From Blasia pusilla (taxonomy: Eukaryota): DNA of 64,000 nt. The stretch is from assembly GCA_050084515.1 (NCBI GenBank), contig CM114271.1, positions 3,162,001-3,226,000 of the forward strand, in the 5' to 3' direction. Shown here in pieces: positions 48,201 to 58,870 of this stretch; within the stretch, counting starts at the first letter, position 1, and each line of letters starts with the position of its first letter. The notes beneath the pieces were generated by a model. It did no database searches and was not told the DNA's origin. It was given only the letters and a program-made list of their open reading frames with translations. The position numbers were made by a program, and so were the translations under genes.

Positions 48201-50542
48201 GACCGGAGCTATCCGAAGGGAACGTGTAGCTGAAGAAGAGATGGGAAGACAAGCTGCAGAGATTGAGCAGTTAAACCGTTTGGTAAGATGTGCAGGAATT
48301 CTCCCGTCCATCAACGCAATTATCACTGAGAATTAAGCCTTCAGAACCGTTTTTCAAGTTCTTGAATCTAAGCATGGGATTTCCCAGGAATATTTGGAAT
48401 GCTTGTTGATGGATATTTGGGTTGCTCTTGCAGGTGCGTCAGTACAAACATGAGCGTGAATGCAACGCAATCATAACCCAAACCCGCGAGGACAAGATTG
48501 CTCGACTGGAATCCCTTATGGACAATGTTATTCCCACTGATGAGTATCTCAACGAAGAGTGGTCAGCTCTGGTTCTGGAGCATCAGGTCAGTTGTCAGTA
48601 GTAAACAGGGTAACTTATAACATTTCTCGAGTGTACACCAGTGACTCGTTCAGATCTTAAGTATGAAATATGATTTTGTAGCCTCTGTTAGTAATTGTAT
48701 TGAGGAGTATCCATCCTGCGTATGTTGATTGCCATTCTTGCACATGGAAGTGTATGTGACTGCCGCTGGTTCTTTGGATATCTTATGTTTTCTGTGATGG
48801 CAGTTACTTCAAGAGAAGTTCGACAATCATCCTGAAGTCACGCACTCCAACGTAGAACAACAGCGTCTGCTCGAGGAACTGCAGCAGTATCGAAACTTTT
48901 TCGATTTGGGAGAACGAGATGTCTTGTTAGAAGAAATCACACTCTTACGAAACCAGCTGCAAAACCTTCTGGATCACTCTGGTACCCCTTCATCTGTGAA
49001 GCACAGGCGCCTATCCCTAACGCGTAAATCCATCCAAGCCACGATGATTCCTCCCCGAGAAGTAGCATCTGAATGTTCAAGCCCCTCTTCTCTTGCCTTC
49101 CCTGTTCCCCATGATCGAGAATCCGAAGGAAACCTTGGAACAACTATGATAGTGGCTGATACAAAGAGGAGTGAGGAGCTGCGGTGGGAGGAAGAGAAAA
49201 GAGAATGGGAGGAAAGAGAAAGAGATTGGATGTCTGCTCTGGAAGAGATGCGAGAGGAGGTTCAATCGTACAGACGCCAAGCAGAGAAGAGAAAGCAGGA
49301 GTTTGAGTGTGAGAAAAGATGCTCTGAGGAACTCCAAGAGGCACTGCAGATGGCCATGACCGGTCATGCGAGGCTTTTGGAGCAGTACGCAGAACTGCAG
49401 GAGAAGCACATTGGGTTGCTTGCTAGACAAAGGAAAATACGTGAGGGGTAAGTCTCCCGCGTTTCTTGAATGGACTAAAGGTTTTGAACAAGGAGATTCG
49501 GAAATCTTCTTCTGCCACTGCAAGCCAGTAATTAAGTTGGCGATTGCACGGGCTCGTTCCCACGAGGCAATCTTCTGCTAGGTGTAATAGTAGCGTGTAC
49601 TCTTAGATCGTAATCTCCACAATGCGTGTGTCATTGTTGTAACACTTGGGTGCTTACATTTGCAGAACCTCCGACGTGAAGAAGATGGCGAAGAAAGCAG
49701 GGGTGACTTCTACGGAATCCAGATGGCTGGAGGCCCAAGCCTCACAGATGGCTGGTTTGAGAGTCGAGTTAGAGGAACAAAGGAAAGCTGCAAAGGAGGA
49801 AATACAAGGCTTGCAAGCACAACTTCGAGATACTGCAGACGCAGTGCAAGCTGCTGGTGAACTACTTGTGCGTCTCAGGGAGGCAGAGGAGTCCGTGATG
49901 ATAGCTCAAGTAAGTCGATACAGTGCTATCCTCAGTAAAAACCTGTCCTTAATATAGGAGCGTATGAAAGAGATTTCCTCTAGTCTCGTTGCTGGCTGGA
50001 GTAAGTCGAATGATGGAGTGGAGTCTGCCGAAATTCTGTTTCTTTGCAGTTTTGTTTTACTTTATCTGACCCTGGGTTACTTGAAAATATAGGATGCTGC
50101 AGTGATAGCGGAGCAGGATGCGAGTGGAACGCGTCGAGACCTGGAGAAGTTTCGAAGAAGGCATGCCACCGAAATCGCCACTCTTCAACAACGTTTGCTA
50201 GAATCACGTTTGCAGAAAACTGCTGTGTGCCCAATGTGTGTGATGGCGGAAAGAGTGAAGTTCCAATTCACCGAAGTAGATGCGGAGACTGCGCAAGCCA
50301 CACTTGAGGCGGAAGCTCGTGTGATGGCTCTGAAGCAGGAGAAGGAATGGATGGCCGCACAGAGGCAGAAGGCAGCGGCCGAAGAAAGAAATTACAGGGA
50401 AGATGGAGAGGCATTCGAGACGGTTCTTACTGGAGAGCTCGAAGATCAAGGGTATGATTCAGAAGGATTACACTTGGATGAGTTCGACGATCTCGACCAT
50501 CTATTTATGGCAGAAGTGGATGATTCCCCGGGACCCAAGTGA
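42229..50542 (+). CDS. Kinesin-12 family motor, PAKRP1/KIN12A-B-like (phragmoplast kinesin), about 17 exons
   Basis: Motor motifs VIVRMRP, FAYGQ|TGSGKT (split by intron 43981-44107), [39 protein letters not shown]. The C-terminal coiled coil [49 protein letters not shown] is typical of KIN12A/B. Confidence 0.93.
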
Positions 50543-51880
50543 GGACAGGTTCCCATCATTTTGATGAACGAACACGTTTCATTAACGCCCTCGGATTCAG
50601 TCGCTCCCCTTGTACCACCACAACGACCGTGACAAAATACAAAGCTTTCGAAACGTTCCGAAACCCACTCAGTGCCGTACGTTATATATAGGTATTCTCC
50701 AGGTCCGTCAAATATTATTCAACTGTCCTCACAAAGGTCCGCGAGGTGGTGGAATCCTGCCAGAGTGGTCGGATTCGAATTCTAGGACGTGGTGCAGGTT
50801 GGTGCTGCGCTTCAAGCACAAGCCGGACACTCGAAACCACCTCCGGAACCCACCTAGTTCTACTAATTAATATGTCACTCAGTACAAACCGAGAAGACGA
50901 TCGACCTTCCCGTCGAAAGTAGCAGTGTATCCCCTGTAAATGTATTAAATGGTTATTATGGTTTCTCAAGAATGGTAGCGCACCATTCTGAGAATTTCAT
51001 TGATTCTTGTAAGCTTGGTTTTCCAATAAATGATGGAAAGTGACCACCTCTTTCGTCGACGTGAACTCATCGACGAAGGATAAGCTCGCGACAGGGGACA
51101 ACGAATATGTTCCCAACAATGTCGTTTCATTTGTCGTATCATGAACTCGAAGCCTAATTCGAACCCAATTTCCGTGAATAGCGGTGCATTACGGGTCTCT
51201 CCTCCCTCCTCCCCCCGACCCGCGTGTAGATATCGTTTGATATGCTGTTCGGAAGCTTTATTGCTGCTCCACACTATATAGCGCTATGGTGAGAGGGGAT
51301 GAGGGGGTGCCGTCTCTTGAAGCGAATGAAGGAAACGAGAACAAAGTTGCGTGGCCCTTTTTCGCTCTTCCTGCACAACCTGTAGCTGAGAGCTCTGCCA
51401 CAGTTCCGACCACAGCTTTTTCCCACATACACCAGCGCACACCTCGAAACCTAGAGAATCATGAATGTGGGTCACAAGCACTCACATAATGGTCCTTCTC
51501 TCCAGTCACTCCTTGTAGGGCCGATCTGCTGTCATCAGAGAGAAAGTGAACACATCATGCGACGAGAGGCAGCATCATCAGACAGCTACAGTTCGTCAGC
51601 ATAGCGGTAGACCCGGGTACCGACTCCTCCACTGGACTCTAAAGCCCTAAACTCGCGCTTCTCGCGGTGGACTCGGTCTCCACTCCCCCCGAAAACCTGA
51701 GGATGAATAGGCCCACACACTTCGTCGGAGAAGGCAGATCATGCTACATTGCAACAACGAAGACGCATCATCGGACAGCTGAAGTTTGTCTGTCGGCATT
51801 GCGGTAGACCCGGACACTCGAGTCCTCTCATGAACCGCTCACAAGAATCCTCCTCACACTTCACTTTCACAACAGCTTCT

Positions 51881-51943
51881 GTTGAGGGCCTTGAGGGAAG
51901 GGGCCCTCAAGAAGCTGAGGGCCTTGAGGGAAGGGGCCCTCAA
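51881..51943. repeat. Tandem duplication of a 33-bp hairpin-forming unit
   Basis: TGAGGGCCTTGAGGGAAGGGGCCCTCAA occurs twice; TGAGGGCC pairs with GGCCCTCA. Confidence 0.9.
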
Positions 51944-52338
51944 CAGACGACGATTCTTGCGGTCAACTTCCAGATTCGGGTCCGCGGGAAGCGTGCCTTT
52001 CGAAGTCTCAGGACGTGGATCATTAGGGCGTTCCTTAGGATGGAGGAGATCCTATTCTAACGATATGACGTTCAAGTCTTTGATTTTTACATTCCGGATG
52101 GGTTTTTTCACCCGTGAGTACTCTTTTCCTTTTAGGTTCGGACGTGTAACCACATTTCCCGTTTATTTAGTATCATGTAAAAGATCTAACTGTTCCTAGT
52201 GTGACGAATGTAGTTAGATTTTTCTCAAAATTATTTTGGTCATAAACCGATTGGTAAGGAGAATACAATTGAGACGTAAATGATTAATAAGGGATCCTTA
52301 TGATTAATATTGGGTCCTTATGGGTTTTAACTAATATA

Positions 52339-52499
52339 TCTATATTATTATTCGAGAGTGTTTTTTTTATTTCAAACATCTCTTTGCTTGATGTGTGACA
52401 ATCGGAATTTTTTTTTTCTCAGAATGCAGCAAGAACAAGATGTTGTGTTTAGTATGATTACTACATTCACTTCCGTGCATGGCACGAGCTACCCACTAG
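52339..52499 (+). mobile_element. 161-bp non-autonomous Helitron
   Basis: A|TCTATATTATTATT...CCGTGCATGGCACG (hairpin) AGCTACCCA CTAG|T, i.e. classical Helitron termini in an AT target. Confidence 0.8.
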
Positions 52500-52844
52500 T
52501 AGAATTAAAAGACAATGGGTTTTGAATAACTTCAAATCCCATCCTCCGTTGTCGACACTTGTACTTTTTGCCTCTCTCCGATGTTGGCAAGTGTTGTGTT
52601 TAACCAAAATAATTAAAATAACATATCATGACTTAACAAACGTCTCTTTCTTTCATATGGATTTTCACCCTTCTATAGCATGAGCATTATGCTAATTTCT
52701 TAAAATGAAATATTTTATAATCTAACCCTAATATATTCCATACCTATTCCTAATCTATATTCTAATTGGAGTATGGAGTTTTCTTAAGTGCTCCTTTGTT
52801 TGTCACTAAACTTCTCTTGAAATACTTTTAACACTTTACGAGGG

Positions 52845-53520
52845 TGTCCCATCTTAATAATCGATAGGTAGAGATCTATCACGGCAACAACATAGATAGC
52901 CAATGGACTCTCGTGAGAACTATTTCGTCCCGAGGTGTCGGATGAGGTTGAGGATAGGTCCGTTGTATCAAGAATGTCATTTCTGACAACTATCCTATTG
53001 TGGTCTTTATAGTCGGTGACTTGTTGAGTTGGTAACCGCCCCTTGTAACCTGTGCACGCAAGATACAAGGAGGATTGCTATTTTTAAAGGAAAATCTTTT
53101 TGGCTCTTCGCAAACTTATATAACGGAGGAAGATGACTTTTTTCTCGTGTTGGGCCATTGGAGCACCTCTCTTGCTCGTGTGTGAGGTAGGATCAGGCTG
53201 GTAGCGTCTGGATTCCCTCATAGCAAAGGGTGGACAAGGCTCGATATGCCGATGTAGATTCAGGAGTTTTAGGCCGAGTGTGTCATTTTTATTCTGATTT
53301 TTATATGATAAAGAAGCGAGGGGCAGGGGGAATTCGTTGGTTGCAGATAAGGCAAGCGAGTTGCCTCGGTGGAGATCCCCTGGAGACGTGTGTGTGACGG
53401 GTGTTTTATCATTTTTTGTACGGAAGACCATACGCGGAAGTAGTGTTTGTTTTCCGGAGAATTCGTTGGCATAGCTGGACGGGAGAGAACAATAAAGTGT
53501 AGCGGCAAGAACGCTTGACG
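52845..53520 (+). mobile_element. 5' remnant (repeat X plus leader) of the same Gypsy family, opposite orientation
   Basis: Begins TGTCCCATCT and aligns with the reverse complement of ~27564-26860, including GAATTCGTTG..AGGCAAGC.AGTTGCCTCGGTGG. Confidence 0.85.
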
Positions 53521-54865
53521 TGTTAAACGATAATAATAATGCCGCTTTAATTTCCAATTTCCACATACCTCTCCTTTTGATACCTAATCTTCCTAATCCT
53601 GCATATGAGGATTCGATCTTTCATCCCATAAAATCAATAAAGATTCATTTGAAAACTCAATGAATTTTTTAAAAAACCATCAAAACCATTAGCCACTAGA
53701 TAATTACCTATTATTAATTTAAACCACCTCGTAACAATGCAAATGAGAACATCTACCTATAGTAAGATAGTGGCTACCGTGAGGCGACGTCCCATCTACG
53801 CACGCCTCCACATATAGCGATCGGCGGTAGTTGGATCCACTACCGCCTCTCCGGAGAGTCCAGGGCACCACACAAGAGTCGACTGTATCGCCGTCAAGTC
53901 CGCAAGACCAGAGCCGAAGGTGGGGACGGCGGGAGCTTGAGGGGTGGTCGCCGGAGACGGCGGAGCCCGAGGGTACTAGATACGCTCGCCGGATACGAGA
54001 AGTCCCGCGGGTCGGGCTGTGTTGTTCGTAGGAGCGGCAGCCGCGTCTTTGGTGTGGACGGGGGAATAGTCGTCCGCGAGCTTCACTTCGCGATGCATGT
54101 ACGGTGAGATGGCGGACTGCCGAGTGCGAAGGCGAAGGCGCTTTGGATTCGATTGCCGCATTTTGGCGTTTGGGTGTTGATTGTTGGCTGTTGTGGAGAG
54201 AGAGAGGGAGCAAAGATGCACTTCGATAAAAACGAGTGATGGAACGAGAGAGAGAGAGAGGGTAGCGAGAGAGTGAGGGACGGGGTGAGAATTGGGGGTG
54301 ATTCTGTGATGCGTGGGAGGTCCGAGGAGCGCGAGAGGGGTTTGATTGACTGTTGGGGTTGGGGTTGGGTTTTGGATCGAGTCTGCGTACGGGTGGACAG
54401 GAAAAAGTCTCGCGCGGGATGCGTGAGAGTTGGGGGCGTCTATAGAGCTTTGTGGTCGCGGACAGTGTGATGAGAGGCGATTGATGTCTGTCCATTGGCG
54501 ATGGTGGTGAGAGGGGAACGCTCGGTTTAGAGCGAGGCTAGGTCGTTCTGATGGGTGGGTAGTAGGTCTGCGATGTGGAGTTTGCTTCTGGAGGAGTTTG
54601 AATCTTGAAGCGACTTCGGGCGTCGCAGTGGAAGCTGATTGTTGCCCTCAATTGTTCCAGGGCCTCAAGTGTGCGGCGAGTTTCTGCCGCGATTGGATCG
54701 CGTGGCCGTAGATCGGAGCAGCTCTCGCTTCCGAGTGAGATCTCCGTGCGGTGGGAGAGCGATTCTTCTCGACTCCGCCGCTCCTGTGCTCGGGAGTTTG
54801 CCGAGTATGTGGTGACTGTTGCTGGAGTCTGGTAGTAAATCTGTCTTCGGTTGGAGGCGGGCGCG

Positions 54866-56257
54866 ATGGTTCAGGTCGCACAGGAAAATGGTCGGGTCGG
54901 GCTTTCCTTGAGGCGGGGAGTGATGGTAGCAGTGATTGTGTATACTGCGATCAGTGCGATTCTTCTGGGGAGATCTTATATGAATGGGCCGATTCAGGTC
55001 ACGCACAAGTCGTCGAAGTTTCTCGTCAGTGTACATGGAAACGTTGCGAATTCTCTTCTGGACGAGAATTCTTACGATCTGGCGTCGGACGAGACGGCTA
55101 ATTCGTCGGAGGATGGGTTGAACTCGTCGGGGATTCGGATGGGGCGTGGAGGTGTCAGCGACGATGCGCAGGGTGCTGAAGACGAGCGTTACGATGAGTT
55201 GCGGAACAGTCTCTACCATTCCTCGCTGGTGTTCGGGCTGAACTACGAAGAGATGCTGTCGAAGTTCAAAGTTTATGTGTATCCCGGAGAGGATTACGTA
55301 TTCGACGGTGCATCTGGAATCGCTTCCAATCGCGACGTTCGCTTCACAGATGACTTTTTCATGCGCAGTCTCTACCAGAGTGATTTCGTCACGCTGGATG
55401 CCGAGAAAGCGCACATATTCCTCATACCTGTTTCACTCCGAGCCTTGCTCGCTGATGCACACATAGGCCCATCGAAGATCGGACGCTTTCTTAACAAGTA
55501 CGTTCAGGGCATCAGAGACGATTACCCTTACTGGCAGAGGACGCTTGGAGCAGACCATGCTTTCGTGACCTGCAAGGACTACAGAGAAGATGGATCTAGA
55601 AACGGGCTGGAGCTGAAAAAGAACGTGATTCAGATCGCTTGCTTTCCTCCTGACGGTGAAATCCAGTCTTTCTACCCTCACAAAGATGTTTCAATGCCCG
55701 AGTTCCAGCCGAATCGTGAGTATGAGGTGCGACGAGGTGTGCATGTCGAACGCACGAAATTGGCTTACTATTGCGGAGGGCCGATTGATGGATCGTCTGC
55801 GTTGGCGTCAATCGAGGACTCGTGGAAGAGTGATCCGGACTTCGTTGTGGACGCTCCTGACGTCGAAGAGGATGTGTACGAGAGTGGCCTACGAAGCAGC
55901 AAGTTCTGTGTGATCGTATTGCCCAAGAATAGCGCGATGATTGTGGATGCTCTGCGCCTCGGCTGCGTCCCTGTGCTCATCTCGACCGGCCGGCTGCACG
56001 ACTTGCCATTCCAGGATGTTCTCAACTGGAAACAGTTCGCACTCGTCATCAGCCAGAAGAAAGCCAAGAATCTGAAGAATGTGTTGGCGCAAATATCGGA
56101 GGAGAAGTACTCCACCATGCAGTTCCTGGCGAAGGAAGCCAGCAAGCATGTGGCATGGCACTTCCCTCCGCAGGATCAGGATGCATTTTTCATGGTTCTG
56201 TATGATCTGTGGATCCGTCGCCACTCCATTAGGTACGTGCGCAGAGATGATCTGTAA
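54866..56257 (+). CDS. Exostosin-family (GT47) glycosyltransferase, type II membrane protein, single coding exon
   Basis: N-terminal TM segment (GVMVAVIVYTAISAILLG), FKVYVY, YPYWQRTLGADHAFVTCKD, PHKDVSMP, SSKFC..IVDALRLGCVPVLIS..LPFQDVLNW, DAFFMVLYDLW. First ATG at 54866. Confidence 0.93.
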   Translation: MVQVAQENGRVGLSLRRGVMVAVIVYTAISAILLGRSYMNGPIQVTHKSSKFLVSVHGNVANSLLDENSYDLASDETANSSEDGLNSSGIRMGRGGVSDDAQGAEDERYDELRNSLYHSSLVFGLNYEEMLSKFKVYVYPGEDYVFDGASGIASNRDVRFTDDFFMRSLYQSDFVTLDAEKAHIFLIPVSLRALLADAHIGPSKIGRFLNKYVQGIRDDYPYWQRTLGADHAFVTCKDYREDGSRNGLELKKNVIQIACFPPDGEIQSFYPHKDVSMPEFQPNREYEVRRGVHVERTKLAYYCGGPIDGSSALASIEDSWKSDPDFVVDAPDVEEDVYESGLRSSKFCVIVLPKNSAMIVDALRLGCVPVLISTGRLHDLPFQDVLNWKQFALVISQKKAKNLKNVLAQISEEKYSTMQFLAKEASKHVAWHFPPQDQDAFFMVLYDLWIRRHSIRYVRRDDL

Positions 56258-56950
56258 ACGGGCGTGCCAGAAATCGTCGCTTCTTCAATGTGCGTCCAGA
56301 GATGACCTTCACTGAGCCACGGCGCCGTCCGACGAGTTGTACATAGAGAGAAGTAGTTGCTGTGTCCATAGCCTTGTGATGTCTAGACTGAGATCGGCGG
56401 AATGGGGGGGAGATGAGGGCTTCCTGCCGACTCGAAGACTTTGAGGATGGTGGCTGCGAAAGCACCGGCGTCCACCAACGATGTTGCAATGGTCACCTTT
56501 GAAAAGAGAGGTACACCTGTGCAGATTTGGAAAAGCATCTGCAATAGACATTCGCGGCATTATTATTTCGGGCCTGCCATGTTCATGCTCAATTCATCGT
56601 GTCTTGATTTGTTTCTTACCGATTTGACTGTCGTGTACTTCTTCAGTCCTTCCAGCAGCACGAATATGATCCAATCGGCAAGCCATCGTGTCTTGATTTG
56701 TTTCTCTTGATCCACTATCCCGAGTCTTTCGGTCAGATCGGCGCGTTGAGATTCCGTAATCTGTGCTCTGACGCCGCACATGCCCATGAATCACGAGCAT
56801 GACAAGCCGGTTCTCTCCTCTCGTTCCAGTTATGTTACCAGAGTGCGGGGAATCTGGTAATGAAGTGAGCAATGTATTTCCCCTTGAGACCTTCCGATGT
56901 GTGCGAGAAGGAATGAGTTTTTGCTGCATTGTCCCGTTCTGCGCTGCCTT

Positions 56951-57001
56951 AAGAGCTAGCCTTCCGAGTGACTTGCAGCGGCACTCGGAAGGCTAGCTCT
57001 T
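56951..57001. repeat. Perfect 20-bp stem-loop
   Basis: AAGAGCTAGCCTTCCGAGTG, 11-nt loop, CACTCGGAAGGCTAGCTCTT. Confidence 0.97.
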
Positions 57002-57264
57002 GAAGAACATCTTTACCGATTCTGAGATTCTTGGTGTGCAGCGATGTCGGAACTCAATTGTCCAGAAAACGACCCTTTCAATCGATCTTGAGCTCCCCTG
57101 TTCCACCTAATTTGACAGTGTTCCGCTAGGTCGTGTTGTTTCTCGCGGTCGCTGACATGGGCTGAATGGATCCACCCTGACAGAAGTCGGAATGAAATGC
57201 GTGATTGCCTTTCAGAGGTGGGGTTAGACGGCACAAAGCGGTTCTGTAGTCGTGAGTGTTGTAA

Positions 57265-57420
57265 CTACAGTTTGTGTGAAATGCCTCCCTCCAGTCCTCA
57301 TCAAATGTGGTTTCTCCAGAAGCAGACTCTCGTTTCATGCACTGTAGTTTGTGTGAAATGCCTGCCTTACTCTAGGCACCATCAAATGTGGTTTCTCCAG
57401 CGGCTGGCACTCGTTCCAGT
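57265..57420. repeat. ~76-bp diverged tandem duplication
   Basis: AGTTTGTGTGAAATGCCT...CATCAAATGTGGTTTCTCCAG occurs twice. Confidence 0.85.
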
Positions 57421-58870
57421 TCACCAGCGCTTCCACTGGAGTTCAATCGAAGCGGGGTGCTGCTGCAAGTGAGCGCAATCAAAGCTTCGCATGTGCCGGA
57501 GTCGAGGGGCTGAGATGAGAATCTGCATATCCCCTAGCCGCATTTCAATGCAGAAGGAAGGACATGTGACCGTGAAAGGCAGGACGACCAGAATACAGAG
57601 CTCCTCCAAATCAAAGGCTATGAGAGGGAGGGTGTAGCCCTGAGAATCTTTGGGTACCTCATGCTGGCGCGTTGCTTGTCCACCGCATCTGCCCCTCCGC
57701 GATGTTTGTCGAAACTTGCAGATGGACTGGAATGGTTGAATCTGTCGGCCGAGCAACTGCGGAAACTGCACTGCGAATTGCACTGAGCATGGATTTCTGC
57801 GATTCGCAGTTCCTGAAGTTGTAATTAGAAATTGTTGAACGTACTGGCCTACACCTTCATTCCACTAATTCAAACATTCGCAGCCAAACGGCATCCGAAA
57901 CTCAGGGCTGTTAGCGATTTTGTTCGGGTTGAAATGGTGGAATCTGTTGCTCTACCATTGCCGTGCCCCTCATCGTCTTCAACTCTCCGGGCCCGTGTTT
58001 GGGCAATCACCTTAACTTCCAGCGGTCTTGACATTCTGCGGAGGTAAACGTCAAATTCGACGAACGCACGAAACGTAAGCCATGTTGGAATTGAGGTCAA
58101 TGGTGGCCGGGGAAGCTCATGGAAGAGCGTGCTACATCATACCACGCTGTTTGAGAAATTCAGTTCGTCACAGCACAGGATATGTCGACATCGGAGTGTC
58201 TGCGCCGACGTAGGTTCTCATGGCTTTTTCCACGAATTGGAACTATGAAACCTGAGTTGGGAACGGGTGATACGGACGAGGAGAATGTTATGTGCGATCG
58301 ATTCACATCCACAGCGCACGCAGAGACAGATCCCGCCATAGATTCTCGACCAACGAGACGAAAGAACCGCGCAAACTTTTCTCCCATATCCGAATAGAAG
58401 CACATGCTCAAGATCCTGTTGTCTCTTTAGAATTTTCATTCCCACCCTCCGCTCTCTACTAACGCAGGTACCAGTTCTCATCGCTCGACGTCGGAACTCG
58501 CGGACAATCCATTCCATGGAAGTCTCAAGTAGAAGACGAGAGCTGCGAGGTAAACTTTCTACTCAAAACAGAAGTGTCCGATCCTTACAAAATACAAGAC
58601 GACGCTTCCGGCGCCCGTTCCTTCCTGATGATTAATATACAACGAAACGGCAACAGCCTCTTGCCTGGCTTTCCACGGACGACGGGACCATCAAGCTAGT
58701 TGCCAGATCATTCGCCTGCTACAAAAGCTAATAGTAGAGCCATGACATCTGAATCAAGCTATCTCTTATTGTATATCGTGATTTCTCCTGCTGTTGTACA
58801 ACATATCTAAGAAATTGGAAATCCAAACCTTACAAGCTTTGGGAAGGTACTTGCTTTACATCTCCGGTTG

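Noticed and set aside
53719-54495. 258-aa minus-strand ORF
   Set aside because: Low-complexity Ser/Arg/Pro translation of the GA/GC-rich promoter and 5'UTR of the GT47 gene.
54665-56224. Several minus-strand ORFs (up to 249 aa)
   Set aside because: Antisense shadows of the GT47 CDS.
57013-58517. Possible extra gene between GT47 and CBM20
   Set aside because: Only short ORFs with no recognisable motif or consistent splice model.
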